Origin: Erysipelothrix inopinata
GTDB taxonomy: Bacteria > Bacillota_I > Bacilli_A > Erysipelotrichales > Erysipelotrichaceae
DNA length: 32,000 nt
Assembly: GCF_014396165.1 (NCBI RefSeq)
Contig: NZ_CP060715.1
Coordinates: forward strand, 1,110,001 to 1,142,000
Reading direction: 5' to 3'
Shown: piece by piece, positions 1 through 9,432 of the stretch
How positions within the stretch are numbered: position 1 is the first letter of the stretch
How the letters are laid out: the number at the start of each line of letters is the position of its first letter
Program-made: the position numbers and the translations under genes
Notes under the pieces: generated by a model
The model's database searches: none
What the model saw: the letters and a program-made list of their open reading frames with translations, nothing else
Told to the model about the DNA's origin: nothing

Positions 1-69
1 ATCTCTTATGAGACAAAATATAACGACTCCCATTAATACAAAAATGATTTTTGTTGTTTTATTTTTCAT
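1..69 (-). CDS. 5' end of an unidentified gene running off the left edge (MKNKTTKIIFVLMGVVIFCLIRD..., signal/TM-like N-terminus)
   Basis: ATG at 69-67 on the minus strand, preceded by AGGAGGA (reverse complement of 74-80). The frame is open to the window edge, but only 23 codons are visible. Confidence 0.35.
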   Translation of the reverse strand, partial: MKNKTTKIIFVLMGVVIFCLIRD

Positions 70-223
70 GGTTTCCTCCTGATATTAAGATAAGCGATAA
101 TGATATATAACCATACTAAAATACGTGGAAATAACACTGAGAATTATAAAAGGATGAAAGGACATGCTAAGTGGTATTAAAAAGAAGAACAGTTGATTCA
201 TTGGTCACACCATATTGTGAATT

Positions 224-239
224 GACACAGTGAGACACA
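224..239 (+). promoter_or_regulatory. Putative upstream activating sequence: tandem GACACA repeats 10 bp apart (224-229, 234-239), with a degenerate GTCACAC at 204-210
   Basis: The same tandem repeat recurs at 4152-4168. Both copies start 86-87 bp upstream of a -24 TGGCA element. Confidence 0.5.
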
Positions 240-263
240 CATTCAAGAATCAATAAAAATAAC

Positions 264-294
264 GCGCTCACACTTACTGTTGAGTGCTTTTTTT
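264..294 (+). terminator. Terminator-like hairpin (GCGCTCA / TGAGTGC, 10-nt loop) followed by T7
   Basis: 7-bp stem including one G-U pair (264-270 with 281-287), then a T run at 288-294. No plus-strand gene lies upstream that it would terminate. Confidence 0.35.
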
Positions 295-309
295 GTATTG
301 TCGAAAAAA

Positions 310-325
310 TGGCACAAAACTTGCA
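310..325 (+). promoter_or_regulatory. Sigma-54 (-24/-12) promoter TGGCAC-N5-TTGCA
   Basis: Exact match to the TGGCAC-N5-TTGCW consensus at 310-315 and 321-325, about 70 bp upstream of the EamA start codon. Confidence 0.75.
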
Positions 326-397
326 CTATAGGAGAGAAGGAAGATTTTTTTGTGGAATTTAAGAGTGTATTCTTAAAATTTCAGTAAAGGAGGAAAA

Positions 398-1327
398 ATG
401 TTTAGAGGGATAATATTTACACTTATTGCAGGAATCGCTTTTGGGTTTTCGCCTGTTATATCAACACTCGTTTATAACAATGGTGGTGATCCAATGACAC
501 TCGTTTTTTTACGCTATGCGTATATGATACCTGCATCATTGAGTATCGTTTTGTTTAAGAAAAAAGAATTACGGTTACCTGCAGAACAAATGCTCAAGCT
601 TGTATTTGTTGCGGTAGGATGTTCTTTGGTTTCAAGTCTTACACTATACATGAGTTATCAGTGGATTGATCCAGGCGTAAGTACGGCGATTCACTTCATG
701 TATCCCGTTATCTTGGTAGTATTATCGTTAATCATCTTTAAAGATAAAATAGATAAGAAAACAATCATTGCTCTAGCATTCTCTATTGGCGGAACACTTT
801 CGATTGTCGAGTTTGGACAATCTGGAAGTATACTTGGAGTCGTATTTGCAATCGTAAGTTCTTTTGCATATTCTATGTATCTATTATTAAATGAAAAATG
901 GCGCTTAGCAGAACTTGATAGTATGGTATTTCTCTTTTATGTTTCAGTTTTCTGTACCTTGACCATGCTTGTAATGATGCCATTGGGATTTAAAATTAAT
1001 CTAAATCAACCTATCGAAAATCATTTAGTGATGATCGTCGTAGCATTACTAACTTCATGCGTAGGACTTCTCTTTATGAAGGAGGGTGTTCGTCTCCTTG
1101 GAAGCAGGATAGCAAGTGTGATTAGTATGTCTGAACCAATTTCTGCACTAGTGTTCAGTGCGTTACTCTTACATTCAGAAGTAACGATATCTACAGTTAT
1201 CGGAGCGGTATTTATTATCACAGCAATACTGATTCTTTTATATAAGCCAAAAAGAAAAAGAGTAAAAGTATCTGATACTACTCATGAAAAGATGACTACA
1301 AACGAACTCAATGAGAGCAAAATCTGA
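398..1327 (+). CDS. DMT superfamily (EamA-like) 10-TM permease
   Basis: 309 aa, very hydrophobic, with the two-halves pattern typical of EamA/RhaT-type transporters. AGGAGG lies 6 nt upstream of the ATG. Confidence 0.75.
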   Translation: MFRGIIFTLIAGIAFGFSPVISTLVYNNGGDPMTLVFLRYAYMIPASLSIVLFKKKELRLPAEQMLKLVFVAVGCSLVSSLTLYMSYQWIDPGVSTAIHFMYPVILVVLSLIIFKDKIDKKTIIALAFSIGGTLSIVEFGQSGSILGVVFAIVSSFAYSMYLLLNEKWRLAELDSMVFLFYVSVFCTLTMLVMMPLGFKINLNQPIENHLVMIVVALLTSCVGLLFMKEGVRLLGSRIASVISMSEPISALVFSALLLHSEVTISTVIGAVFIITAILILLYKPKRKRVKVSDTTHEKMTTNELNESKI

Positions 1328-1424
1328 GAGCACAAAATAAAATGATTCTAAGCTATAAATTTAAATCCTTTAAATTAAGGTTAGTGTACTATATACTTTA
1401 GGCAAGGATTTGAAGGAGGGTGTC

Positions 1425-4163
1425 ATGTTACGAAAAGAAGTTGTATTAGAATCCCTTAACAATTATACGAAAACTATAAATCTTGAGATGATTCGAGATG
1501 GTTATAATGGTGCCACAACTCAAGAGCTTGTAGATAAGTTAGATATAGACCGTACTAACTGTAGTCGCGAACTCAATAACTTAGTAAATGATGGGCTTGT
1601 CATTAAGATTACAGGAAAACCAGTCAGATATTTTCCTGTGGAACATCTTGAATCGCTTATTTTTGCGAAAATAATAATTGGAGAAGGAACTTCGTTGCGA
1701 GAAATTGTTGAGAACAGTGTACAAAAACTGAGTGACTTTGACTCAATTATTGGTGCTGGAGGAAGTTTAAGTATGGCCATAGATCAGGCCAAGGCTGCCA
1801 TGATTTATCCTCCATTTGGTCTCCATACACTTATCACAGGTGAAACAGGTATTGGTAAAACAATGTTTGTGGAACTGATGTATAACTATGCAAAAGAATT
1901 TGGTGTTTTAGATAATAGGGCTGAATTGGTAACTTTTAACTGTGCAGAGTATGCAGATAATCCGCAACTCCTGGTATCAGAACTCTTCGGCTACACTAAA
2001 GGTTCATTCACTGGAGCTGATACAAACAAACCTGGGTTAATTGATCGCGCTAATAAAGGAATACTGTTCTTAGATGAGATTCATCGTCTTCCTTCTGAAG
2101 GACAAGAGATGTTATTTCAACTAATGGATAGTGGTAAATATCGAAAAATGGGAGATTCAACCCAAGAGTGGAGAGCGGATGTACTCATCGTTGGAGCTAC
2201 AACTGAAAGTATTGAATCCAACTTACTCCTTACATTTATTCGTCGGATTCCGATGTTAATAACATTGCCAAGCCTTGAACAGCGTCCTTTAAAAGAACAC
2301 CTGGATCTCATCAATCTGTTTTTTGAAATGGAACAAAGCAAAATAAAAAAGAATATCCATGTTGATCGTAAAGTATTGGAATCATTGTTGAGATATCGTT
2401 ATCCTGGTAATATTGGTCAATTAAAAACTGATATTCAGCTTATCTGTGCGAGAGCGTTCCTTGATTCAATGAAAAATAAAAATACTGATTTGAAAGTAAC
2501 ACAAGAATTTCTGCCTCAATATTTATTAGAGAATAGCTATGGTGGAAATGATCAATATATAGCTGTTGATACATTATTAAAATCGTATGACAAGGGCGCT
2601 CACTATGATGGTAACCAAATCGTGCGAACACCTCTTGCTGAAGTGAACACTTATAATGGTATTGATGAAACAATGGGAATTGATGAGATTAAACACTATA
2701 TTCAAAATATGATTCTCGGTTCCTATGAAAATCGGGGAGAACTGAAACACAATCCTGACGAAATATTTAAAATTATAAAGCCAGAGATCTATTATAGTGT
2801 AGCGGAATCATTATCATTAGCTCAATCACGACTTAAATGTACATTTTCGAGTCAAACATATATCGCTTTTGGACTTCATATTCAGTCAATTATTGAAAGA
2901 GGACTCGAAGCAAAAGTATTTTATAATGTGAGTGAAGATATAAAAGTTCATCATCCCGAAGAATATCAAGCTGCGAAGCTCGTGATGTCCTATCTTGCAG
3001 ATGAACTTAAGTATGATTTTGCTCCCGAAGAAGCATATCTTGCGACCTTATTTCTAACAACACATCATGAAAAAGATGAAGAGCGTGTTGGATTAATGGT
3101 AATTGCTCACGGAAATGGTGTTGCGAAAAATATTGTGAATGTAGCAAATACGTTACTTGAAACTGACCATGCTGAATATTTGGATATGGGACTTGAAGAG
3201 AATGTTGATACTTTTTACGACAAATTTAAGGCGAAAGCTAAACTTGTCAATGAAGGTAAGGGTGTATTGATTATTGCCGATATGGGATCACTTATGAACT
3301 TCGGAGAACGTTTCACGAAGGAAACAGGAATTCCTACTAAAACCGTAAACTTTGTTTCGACACCTTTAGTCTTAGAAAGTTTACGAAAGGTTCTGTTCAG
3401 TACGACATCTTTGGGTCAAATTCACTATGAATTACTAATGACTTTGAATGCGATGTCTAGTGAACCCGAAGTAACACGAAGAAAAAGACTTGATGATACC
3501 CAACATGGTAAACCTAAGGCTATTGTTGTGACATGTATGACTGGAGAAGGTGCAGCAATTGCTCTTAAAAACTATATTCAAGATTCCTTATCTTCTATCG
3601 GTCATTTGAATCTGAACATTGTTACTACAAATAAACAAAATTATGATCCAAGTCTTGAAGATGAGTATGAGGTTACGGCAGTTATAGGTGCCGTCGATCT
3701 TAAACTCGATTCAATTCCTTATATTTCAACCGAAGAAGTACTGTTGGGAAACGGACTGAAAACACTAGAATTTCTATTATTAAAACGGAATAGTCAAAGA
3801 GAATATCTGACAAACCAAAGAATTGATACAATTCTTAGAATTCTTGAAGATACTTTGGGTTTCTTAAATCCAGAGAAAACTTTAAATCTTGTGATGGATA
3901 CCTTTATGCAAATTAGTGATAATTATGAAATTTCTGAATTTGAAAGATTGAATATCAATTATTCATTACATCTTCCAAATATGATTGAGAGAGTTATCCG
4001 CAATGAAAAGATACCTTACGATGAGATTGAATCAAGAATAAAACAAAATCAGAAGTTGTACGATGTGATTAAAGAAGCGCTCAAAACAATTGAGGAGGCT
4101 TATCGTATTCAGATCCCTGACACAGAGATTGGTTATATCATGGACATGTTCGACACAGTTTGA
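1425..4163 (+). CDS. LevR-type sigma-54-dependent transcriptional activator (HTH, AAA+, PRD, EIIA-Man-like, EIIB-Gat-like, PRD)
   Basis: Walker A GETGIGKT, sigma-54 contact loop GSFTGA, Walker B ILFLDEIHRL. PRD-like FGLHIQSIIER and SLHLPNMIERV, EIIA-like MVIAHGNG, EIIB-like VVTCMTGEGAA. The ATG at 1425 with GAAGGAGGG upstream is preferred over the TTG at 1410 in the ORF track. Confidence 0.9.
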   Translation: MLRKEVVLESLNNYTKTINLEMIRDGYNGATTQELVDKLDIDRTNCSRELNNLVNDGLVIKITGKPVRYFPVEHLESLIFAKIIIGEGTSLREIVENSVQKLSDFDSIIGAGGSLSMAIDQAKAAMIYPPFGLHTLITGETGIGKTMFVELMYNYAKEFGVLDNRAELVTFNCAEYADNPQLLVSELFGYTKGSFTGADTNKPGLIDRANKGILFLDEIHRLPSEGQEMLFQLMDSGKYRKMGDSTQEWRADVLIVGATTESIESNLLLTFIRRIPMLITLPSLEQRPLKEHLDLINLFFEMEQSKIKKNIHVDRKVLESLLRYRYPGNIGQLKTDIQLICARAFLDSMKNKNTDLKVTQEFLPQYLLENSYGGNDQYIAVDTLLKSYDKGAHYDGNQIVRTPLAEVNTYNGIDETMGIDEIKHYIQNMILGSYENRGELKHNPDEIFKIIKPEIYYSVAESLSLAQSRLKCTFSSQTYIAFGLHIQSIIERGLEAKVFYNVSEDIKVHHPEEYQAAKLVMSYLADELKYDFAPEEAYLATLFLTTHHEKDEERVGLMVIAHGNGVAKNIVNVANTLLETDHAEYLDMGLEENVDTFYDKFKAKAKLVNEGKGVLIIADMGSLMNFGERFTKETGIPTKTVNFVSTPLVLESLRKVLFSTTSLGQIHYELLMTLNAMSSEPEVTRRKRLDDTQHGKPKAIVVTCMTGEGAAIALKNYIQDSLSSIGHLNLNIVTTNKQNYDPSLEDEYEVTAVIGAVDLKLDSIPYISTEEVLLGNGLKTLEFLLLKRNSQREYLTNQRIDTILRILEDTLGFLNPEKTLNLVMDTFMQISDNYEISEFERLNINYSLHLPNMIERVIRNEKIPYDEIESRIKQNQKLYDVIKEALKTIEEAYRIQIPDTEIGYIMDMFDTV

Positions 4164-4168
4164 CACAG
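4152..4168 (+). promoter_or_regulatory. Putative upstream activating sequence: tandem GACACAG repeats 10 bp apart (4152-4158, 4162-4168), plus a third copy at 4119-4125
   Basis: Three copies of (T)GACACAG fall within 50 bp, overlapping the 3' end and stop codon of the activator gene. They sit 87 bp upstream of the -24 element at 4239. Confidence 0.5.
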
Positions 4169-4190
4169 ATTAAGTTAGTACGTTTAAAAA

Positions 4191-4222
4191 GGTGCTGAGA
4201 GATAAATCTCAGTACCTTTTTT
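4191..4222 (+). terminator. Rho-independent terminator after the activator gene
   Basis: Stem GGTGCTGAGA (4191-4200) pairs with TCTCAGTACC (4207-4216) with one mismatch, followed by T6 at 4217-4222. Confidence 0.7.
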
Positions 4223-4238
4223 AGTGTTTTTGTAAAGT

Positions 4239-4254
4239 TGGCATGAAACTTGCT
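4239..4254 (+). promoter_or_regulatory. Sigma-54 (-24/-12) promoter TGGCAT-N5-TTGCT
   Basis: GG and GC dinucleotides have the correct spacing. The element lies between the terminator and the PTS EIIA start, where LevR-type regulons carry their promoter. Confidence 0.75.
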
Positions 4255-4279
4255 GTATATGAGTGAAAGGAGATTGTTC

Positions 4280-4687
4280 GTGGAAAAACATTTACTCATA
4301 TTAACACATGGTAGATTTGGTGAAGAGATTTTAAAATCAGTAGAGATGATTGTAGGACCGGTAGAAAATGCATCTACAATATCCCTAATGCCAGGTATGC
4401 CACCAGAAGTATTTCAAGCAGAAGTTGAGAAGCTTGTAGGAACTATTGACAAAGATAAAGAAATTTTATGTCTTGTCGACTTATTTGGAGGAAGTCCATG
4501 TAATATCGCATTACGTGTTAATTACGATCGTCCTTTAAAAATCGTTTCAGGTTTAAGTCTCCCACTGCTTATCGAAGCAGTATCGCAAAGAGATTTCCTA
4601 GAAATGAATGAACTGGTTGAGATCATGGTCGACTCAGCACAAACGGGTTGCTTTGATGTCTTAAGAACAAAGAAAATGGAGGGCTAA
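4280..4687 (+). CDS. PTS mannose/fructose/sorbose-family EIIA component
   Basis: LILTHGRFGEE phospho-His motif. GTG at 4280 lies 7 nt after AAAGGAG (4266-4272). The ORF-track ATG at 4250 would sit inside the sigma-54 promoter. Confidence 0.85.
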   Translation: MEKHLLILTHGRFGEEILKSVEMIVGPVENASTISLMPGMPPEVFQAEVEKLVGTIDKDKEILCLVDLFGGSPCNIALRVNYDRPLKIVSGLSLPLLIEAVSQRDFLEMNELVEIMVDSAQTGCFDVLRTKKMEG

Positions 4688-4691
4688 TATA

Positions 4692-5186
4692 ATGGCTGAA
4701 ATTAAATTAATACGAGCTGATTTTCGCTTGATTCATGGTCAAGTTATTACAAAGTGGCTCAAACAAACAGGAGCAAATAAGATCCTGATTATCGATGATG
4801 AGTTATCTAAGGATGTGTTTATGGCAGAAATATACACAATGTCAGCGCCTCCAGGAATTGACGTTATCATCAAATCTGTAGATGAAGCTGTACAAAGTTA
4901 TAAAGAAGAAAATCTCGGAGAAGGAAAACTCTTTGTCTTATTCAAAAATGTTCCAACAATCTATGATTCATATCAAAAAGGATTCCCATTTACAGAATTA
5001 CAAATTGGTGGATTGGGTGCAGAACCAGGACGTAAAGTTGTCTATGGACCGATCACTTTTAATAAAAGTGATGCAGATAAATTAACTGAAATGGAACAAA
5101 ATGGTGTGAAAGTGTACCTTCATCAAGTACCTCAAGAACCAAGTATCTTATTAAAAGATGCATTAGCAAAAGTCACATTAGACTAG
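4692..5186 (+). CDS. PTS mannose-family EIIB component
   Basis: N-terminal IRADFRLIHGQV matches the phospho-His motif of EIIB-Man/Sor. 164 aa. Confidence 0.9.
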   Translation: MAEIKLIRADFRLIHGQVITKWLKQTGANKILIIDDELSKDVFMAEIYTMSAPPGIDVIIKSVDEAVQSYKEENLGEGKLFVLFKNVPTIYDSYQKGFPFTELQIGGLGAEPGRKVVYGPITFNKSDADKLTEMEQNGVKVYLHQVPQEPSILLKDALAKVTLD

Positions 5187-5208
5187 AAAACTATAAAGGA
5201 GAAGAACT

Positions 5209-5952
5209 ATGAACCAACTATTATTGGCTACATTGTGTGGAATCTTATATTGGATTGGTACAAACCGTATCGGATACGGTTTAACAACTGCGACTGGCTC
5301 ACCAATCTTTTACGGATTAATCTTAGGCGCTATTTATGGACAAGTTCAACAAGGATTAATCATTGGTGGAACAATTCAACTTGTATACCTTGGAATGATT
5401 GCAACTGGAGGAAATATTCCAGCTGATCAAGCTCTTGCAGGAATTGTTGCGATTCCAATTGCCTTAGAAACTGGCTTAAGTCCAGAAATGGCAGTAGGTG
5501 TTGCAGTGCCGTTTGGAGTTCTTGGTGTTTTCTTAGACCAACTTCGTCGAACATCAAACTCATTTTGGATCCACCGTGCAGATAAAGATGCACTTGAGGG
5601 AGACCGTAAAGGAATCTTCCATAATGCATTTACACTCCCAGCAATTGTCAGCTTTGTACTAAGATTTATTCCAGTGTTTATCATTACAATGTTTGGTGCT
5701 GAGGCTGTAACATATCTCTTAACAGTGTTACCACAATGGATTATTACAGGATTAAGCGTTGCTGGAGGAATTCTACCTGCTATGGGATTCGCAATTATTA
5801 TCCTAACAATTGGTAAAAAAGAACTCATGCCTTACTTTGTACTTGGATTCTTTGCAGTTGCTTACCTACAAATTAATGTTATGGCAGCAGCTATCTTTGG
5901 TGGATGTATCGCACTTCTCATTATGTTCAGAGAAGGTAAGAAGGAGGCGTAA
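5209..5952 (+). CDS. PTS mannose-family EIIC membrane component
   Basis: 247-aa hydrophobic protein in the EIIC position between EIIB and EIID. AAAGGAG RBS. Confidence 0.85.
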   Translation: MNQLLLATLCGILYWIGTNRIGYGLTTATGSPIFYGLILGAIYGQVQQGLIIGGTIQLVYLGMIATGGNIPADQALAGIVAIPIALETGLSPEMAVGVAVPFGVLGVFLDQLRRTSNSFWIHRADKDALEGDRKGIFHNAFTLPAIVSFVLRFIPVFIITMFGAEAVTYLLTVLPQWIITGLSVAGGILPAMGFAIIILTIGKKELMPYFVLGFFAVAYLQINVMAAAIFGGCIALLIMFREGKKEA

Positions 5953-5954
5953 TC

Positions 5955-6800
5955 ATGGAACAAAAAGTAAATATGACGAGTGATAAAACACAACTCTTGA
6001 CCAAAAAAGATTTAAGAGGCACTTTCTCAATGTGGTTTTTTACCACAGAACTCAGTAATTCATATGAACGTCTTCAAGCATTAGCATTCTGTAATGCAAT
6101 TTCAAAGAACTTAGAGAAGCTATATAAAGATGATCATGAAGCTTATGTAGAAGCACTAACACGCCACTTACAATTCTATAACTCAGAAGGAACAATTGGG
6201 TGTATCATCCTGGGTGTTGCATTATCAATGGAAGAAGAAAAAGCACTTGGTAGTGATGTACCACCAGAAATGATTACAGGTATTAAAACTGGATTGATGG
6301 GACCTATCGCAGGTATTGGTGACACGATTATTTGGGGAACTATTAAACCAATTATTATGGGTCTTGGATCATCCTTTGCATTAGCAGGAAATCCACTTGG
6401 AGCCTTCATTATTTTCTTATATCCATTAGTGATTGTAATTGTTGGTTACAATATGCTGAACTTTGGTTACAAAGTGGGTAAAGAATCGGTCATGAGCCTC
6501 TTAAAATCTGGTATGATTAACAAAATTATTACGGGAGCAAGTATTCTAGGTCTCTTTATGATGGGTGCTTTATCATCAACATACGTTAAAGTTTCTACAC
6601 CATTAGCATGGGAAATTGCTGGAGCTAAACCTATTGTTCTCCAAGAAATTTTAGATGCAATCTTACCTGGAATGTTACCACTTATCGCAATCTTCGGTAT
6701 TGTATGGTACTTCAAAAATAAAGGTGGAAACTATAACCGTGTACTCTTCTTTGTAATTATCCTATCACTTGTAGGAGCATTCTTTGGAGTCTTAGCATAA
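5955..6800 (+). CDS. PTS mannose-family EIID membrane component
   Basis: 281 aa with a hydrophilic N-terminus (LTKKDLRGTFSMWFF..SNSYERLQALAF, typical of EIID) followed by TM segments. It starts 2 nt after the EIIC stop. Confidence 0.9.
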   Translation: MEQKVNMTSDKTQLLTKKDLRGTFSMWFFTTELSNSYERLQALAFCNAISKNLEKLYKDDHEAYVEALTRHLQFYNSEGTIGCIILGVALSMEEEKALGSDVPPEMITGIKTGLMGPIAGIGDTIIWGTIKPIIMGLGSSFALAGNPLGAFIIFLYPLVIVIVGYNMLNFGYKVGKESVMSLLKSGMINKIITGASILGLFMMGALSSTYVKVSTPLAWEIAGAKPIVLQEILDAILPGMLPLIAIFGIVWYFKNKGGNYNRVLFFVIILSLVGAFFGVLA

Positions 6801-6816
6801 ACGTAATGAGGTAAAT

Positions 6817-8049
6817 ATGAAACAAAAATTCGAAGCCAAACTAAAACAAAAACAACAACAAACGTTAAGCACTCGGCAAATTCAAATGCTCGATTTCATG
6901 ATGCTAAACCAAAGTCGATTGGATCAATCGATTTTGGAAGCATTTGAAAGTAATCCAACACTTGAAATTGAGGATGGCTATTTTAAAAGTGGAACGTTAG
7001 TATTTGATGATGTTTTAGCTGCATATGTTAAAGGACCTTCATTAAAAGATGACCTCTACATGCAATTGTTGGAACGAAGGGATTTGAATCATGATTTGAT
7101 GAGCTATCTTATTGAATCATTGAATGATCAAGGTCTTCTTCCGACTTCGAATTCTGTTTTAGCACAAGAACTCGATAAATCGGAGTGCGAAATTGAGCGT
7201 CATCGTTTCGCACTTCAACATTTTGATCCCATTGGTATTGGTAGTGAGTCAGTTAAAGAATCTATCATCGTTCAATTGAGAGCATTGAATCATCCTTTAG
7301 CAGAACTTGGAATAAAGATATTGAATAATTTTCTAAGTGTGAACGATTATTCTGAGTCAAAGATAATAGAAACCTATCAGATTGATGAAGAAACACTCAA
7401 TGATGTATTGAATGTTATCCATAAATGTAAACCAACATTTGACTTTGATTCTGACGATTCAAAGAACTTATACCCAGACCTAATCATCAACGTCAATCAT
7501 CAAGAATTGGAATGTACTTCCACACGTGATTATTCAAAAATAAAAATCAACTATGATTACAAACAGGAAGCGAGTGAAGAGATTAAAACTTGGTATCAAG
7601 AGAGTGAAATTTTACTTGAGAAAATTCAGTTTAGAAATCACACGCTTACCAATGTCGTGCAAATTATTCTTGATAGACAAAAAGAATTCTTTATGAATCA
7701 AAAACCGTTGAATATTTTGACACAGTCAGATGTCGCGGAATTGTTAGATATCAATCCATCAACAGTCTCTCGGAGTATTGCCAATAAATCGGTGCTTTTT
7801 AATGGCGATATTTATGAACTTTCTGACTTCTTTGTCAGTGCAACTAAAGGTGGTAGCAGTGCGGACACGATTAAACGCAAGATTTTAAGAATTGTGAAAA
7901 ATGAAACCAAACCGTATTCGGATCAAAAAATATTAGAACTACTACATGATGAAGGAATTAAGGTTGAACGAAGAACAGTTTCTAAATATAGAAAAGAATT
8001 GAATATTCCGTCTTCATCAGAAAGGAGACGTATTAAGAAATGGTATTAA
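6817..8049 (+). CDS. rpoN: RNA polymerase sigma-54 factor
   Basis: Region I Q/L-rich N-terminus (LKQKQQQTLSTRQIQMLDFMMLN...NPTLE). C-terminal HTH (LTQSDVAELLDINPSTVSRSIANK) and RpoN box (ERRTVSKYRKEL). 410 aa. Confidence 0.9.
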   Translation: MKQKFEAKLKQKQQQTLSTRQIQMLDFMMLNQSRLDQSILEAFESNPTLEIEDGYFKSGTLVFDDVLAAYVKGPSLKDDLYMQLLERRDLNHDLMSYLIESLNDQGLLPTSNSVLAQELDKSECEIERHRFALQHFDPIGIGSESVKESIIVQLRALNHPLAELGIKILNNFLSVNDYSESKIIETYQIDEETLNDVLNVIHKCKPTFDFDSDDSKNLYPDLIINVNHQELECTSTRDYSKIKINYDYKQEASEEIKTWYQESEILLEKIQFRNHTLTNVVQIILDRQKEFFMNQKPLNILTQSDVAELLDINPSTVSRSIANKSVLFNGDIYELSDFFVSATKGGSSADTIKRKILRIVKNETKPYSDQKILELLHDEGIKVERRTVSKYRKELNIPSSSERRRIKKWY

Positions 8050-9422
8050 ATCAAATAGGAGTGATCGGACTTGGCGTTATGGGTTCAAATTTAACATATA
8101 ACTTGTCTGATCATGACAATTTCGTATCGGTGTACGATCGAAATAGTAATGCGGTCAATTCGGTATCACATCATAAAAATATTACAGGATATCAAAATTT
8201 ACAAGAATTTGTAGCATCCTTAGAACTCCCAAGAAAAATAATACTGATGGTTAATGCCGGAAGGCCAGTTGATGCAGTGATCTCAGAACTTCAGGAATAT
8301 CTTGATGAAGGAGATATCATTGTCGATGGCGGTAACTCATACTATCGCGATACTTTGCAACGTCAAAATAAGTGTAATGAAAAGAATATCAATTTTGTCG
8401 GAATGGGAATTTCTGGAGGTGCTGAAGGAGCTCGTTACGGAGCAAGTCTCATGCCATCTGGAGATGAGTCATCGATTAGTATTCTTATGCCTTTTTTAGA
8501 AGATATTGCGGCTGTCACAGAAAAGGGTGATAGTTGTGTCGATTATATTGGTAAGGAAGGTTCAGGACATTTTATTAAGATGGTTCACAATGGTATTGAA
8601 TACGCTGATTTGCAAATACTTTGTGATGCCTATGCAATCATGAAGTATGGCTTACGAATGTCAAATACTGAAATATCAGAAGTATTTGAAGGATGGCAAC
8701 AAACAGAGTTACAATCTTATCTTACAAATATTGCATCAATCGTCTTGAAAGAAAAAGATGAAATTACTGGTAAAGACCTCATTGATCTTATTTCTGATAG
8801 AGCAGGAAGCAAGGGTACTGGGAAATGGACCATTCAATATGCTATTGAAGAAAACATCCCTTGTAACACGTTATTCTCAGCTGTAGATATACGTAATATT
8901 TCGCAACGAGATAGAAATACTCATCAAAGTGAAGTTAAAGAATTATCACAAGAATTAAACTTAGAGATACTTAAACAAGCAGTATATGCATCAAGAGTAT
9001 TTGCATATATGCAAGGTTTCTCAATTATGGAGGAAGCATCTTCACAATATAATTGGAATCTTAATTTTGAAAGTATCTCCAAAATTTGGGGAGCAGGATG
9101 CATCATTCAAGGACAATTGATTAATGACATCCATGAAGATTATGAGAACAATTCGATTAGTTCCTTAATGCATTCACCCAACATGCAAACAATTCTAAAC
9201 GATAGGACCAATGCAATGAGAGATACACTCATTTTTTCGATGAGTAAAAATGTATGTTGCCCAGTAATATCAGCTGCATACAGTGATATTATGGCAACGA
9301 ATACACCGAAGTTATCAACGAATCTCCTTCAAGGGATGCGCGATTATTTTGGGGGACATACATACGAAAGAATCGACCTTGAAGGAAATTATCATACCAA
9401 CTGGAATACAGAAAATAGATAA
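8040..9422 (+). CDS. gnd: 6-phosphogluconate dehydrogenase (decarboxylating)
   Basis: N-terminal IGVIGLGVMGSNL Rossmann motif and the 6PGD signature ISDRAGSKGTGKW. It overlaps the rpoN stop by 10 nt. Confidence 0.85.
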   Translation: MVLNQIGVIGLGVMGSNLTYNLSDHDNFVSVYDRNSNAVNSVSHHKNITGYQNLQEFVASLELPRKIILMVNAGRPVDAVISELQEYLDEGDIIVDGGNSYYRDTLQRQNKCNEKNINFVGMGISGGAEGARYGASLMPSGDESSISILMPFLEDIAAVTEKGDSCVDYIGKEGSGHFIKMVHNGIEYADLQILCDAYAIMKYGLRMSNTEISEVFEGWQQTELQSYLTNIASIVLKEKDEITGKDLIDLISDRAGSKGTGKWTIQYAIEENIPCNTLFSAVDIRNISQRDRNTHQSEVKELSQELNLEILKQAVYASRVFAYMQGFSIMEEASSQYNWNLNFESISKIWGAGCIIQGQLINDIHEDYENNSISSLMHSPNMQTILNDRTNAMRDTLIFSMSKNVCCPVISAAYSDIMATNTPKLSTNLLQGMRDYFGGHTYERIDLEGNYHTNWNTENR

Positions 9423-9432
9423 GGAGAAATGA

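Noticed and set aside
4250-4279. ORF-track start (ATG 4250) for the PTS EIIA gene; likewise TTG 1410 for the activator, GTG 18197 for the methylase, ATG 22086 for the lipoprotein and ATG 26598 for GH4
   Set aside because: ATG 4250 lies inside the -12 element of the sigma-54 promoter and has no RBS. In each case a downstream start with a canonical AGGAG-type RBS fits the family N-terminus better.
7728-7735. Additional single TGACACAG copy inside rpoN
   Set aside because: It is an isolated single copy within coding sequence (LTQSD of the HTH region). No tandem partner sits at 10-bp spacing and no -24/-12 element lies downstream, so it is most likely chance.
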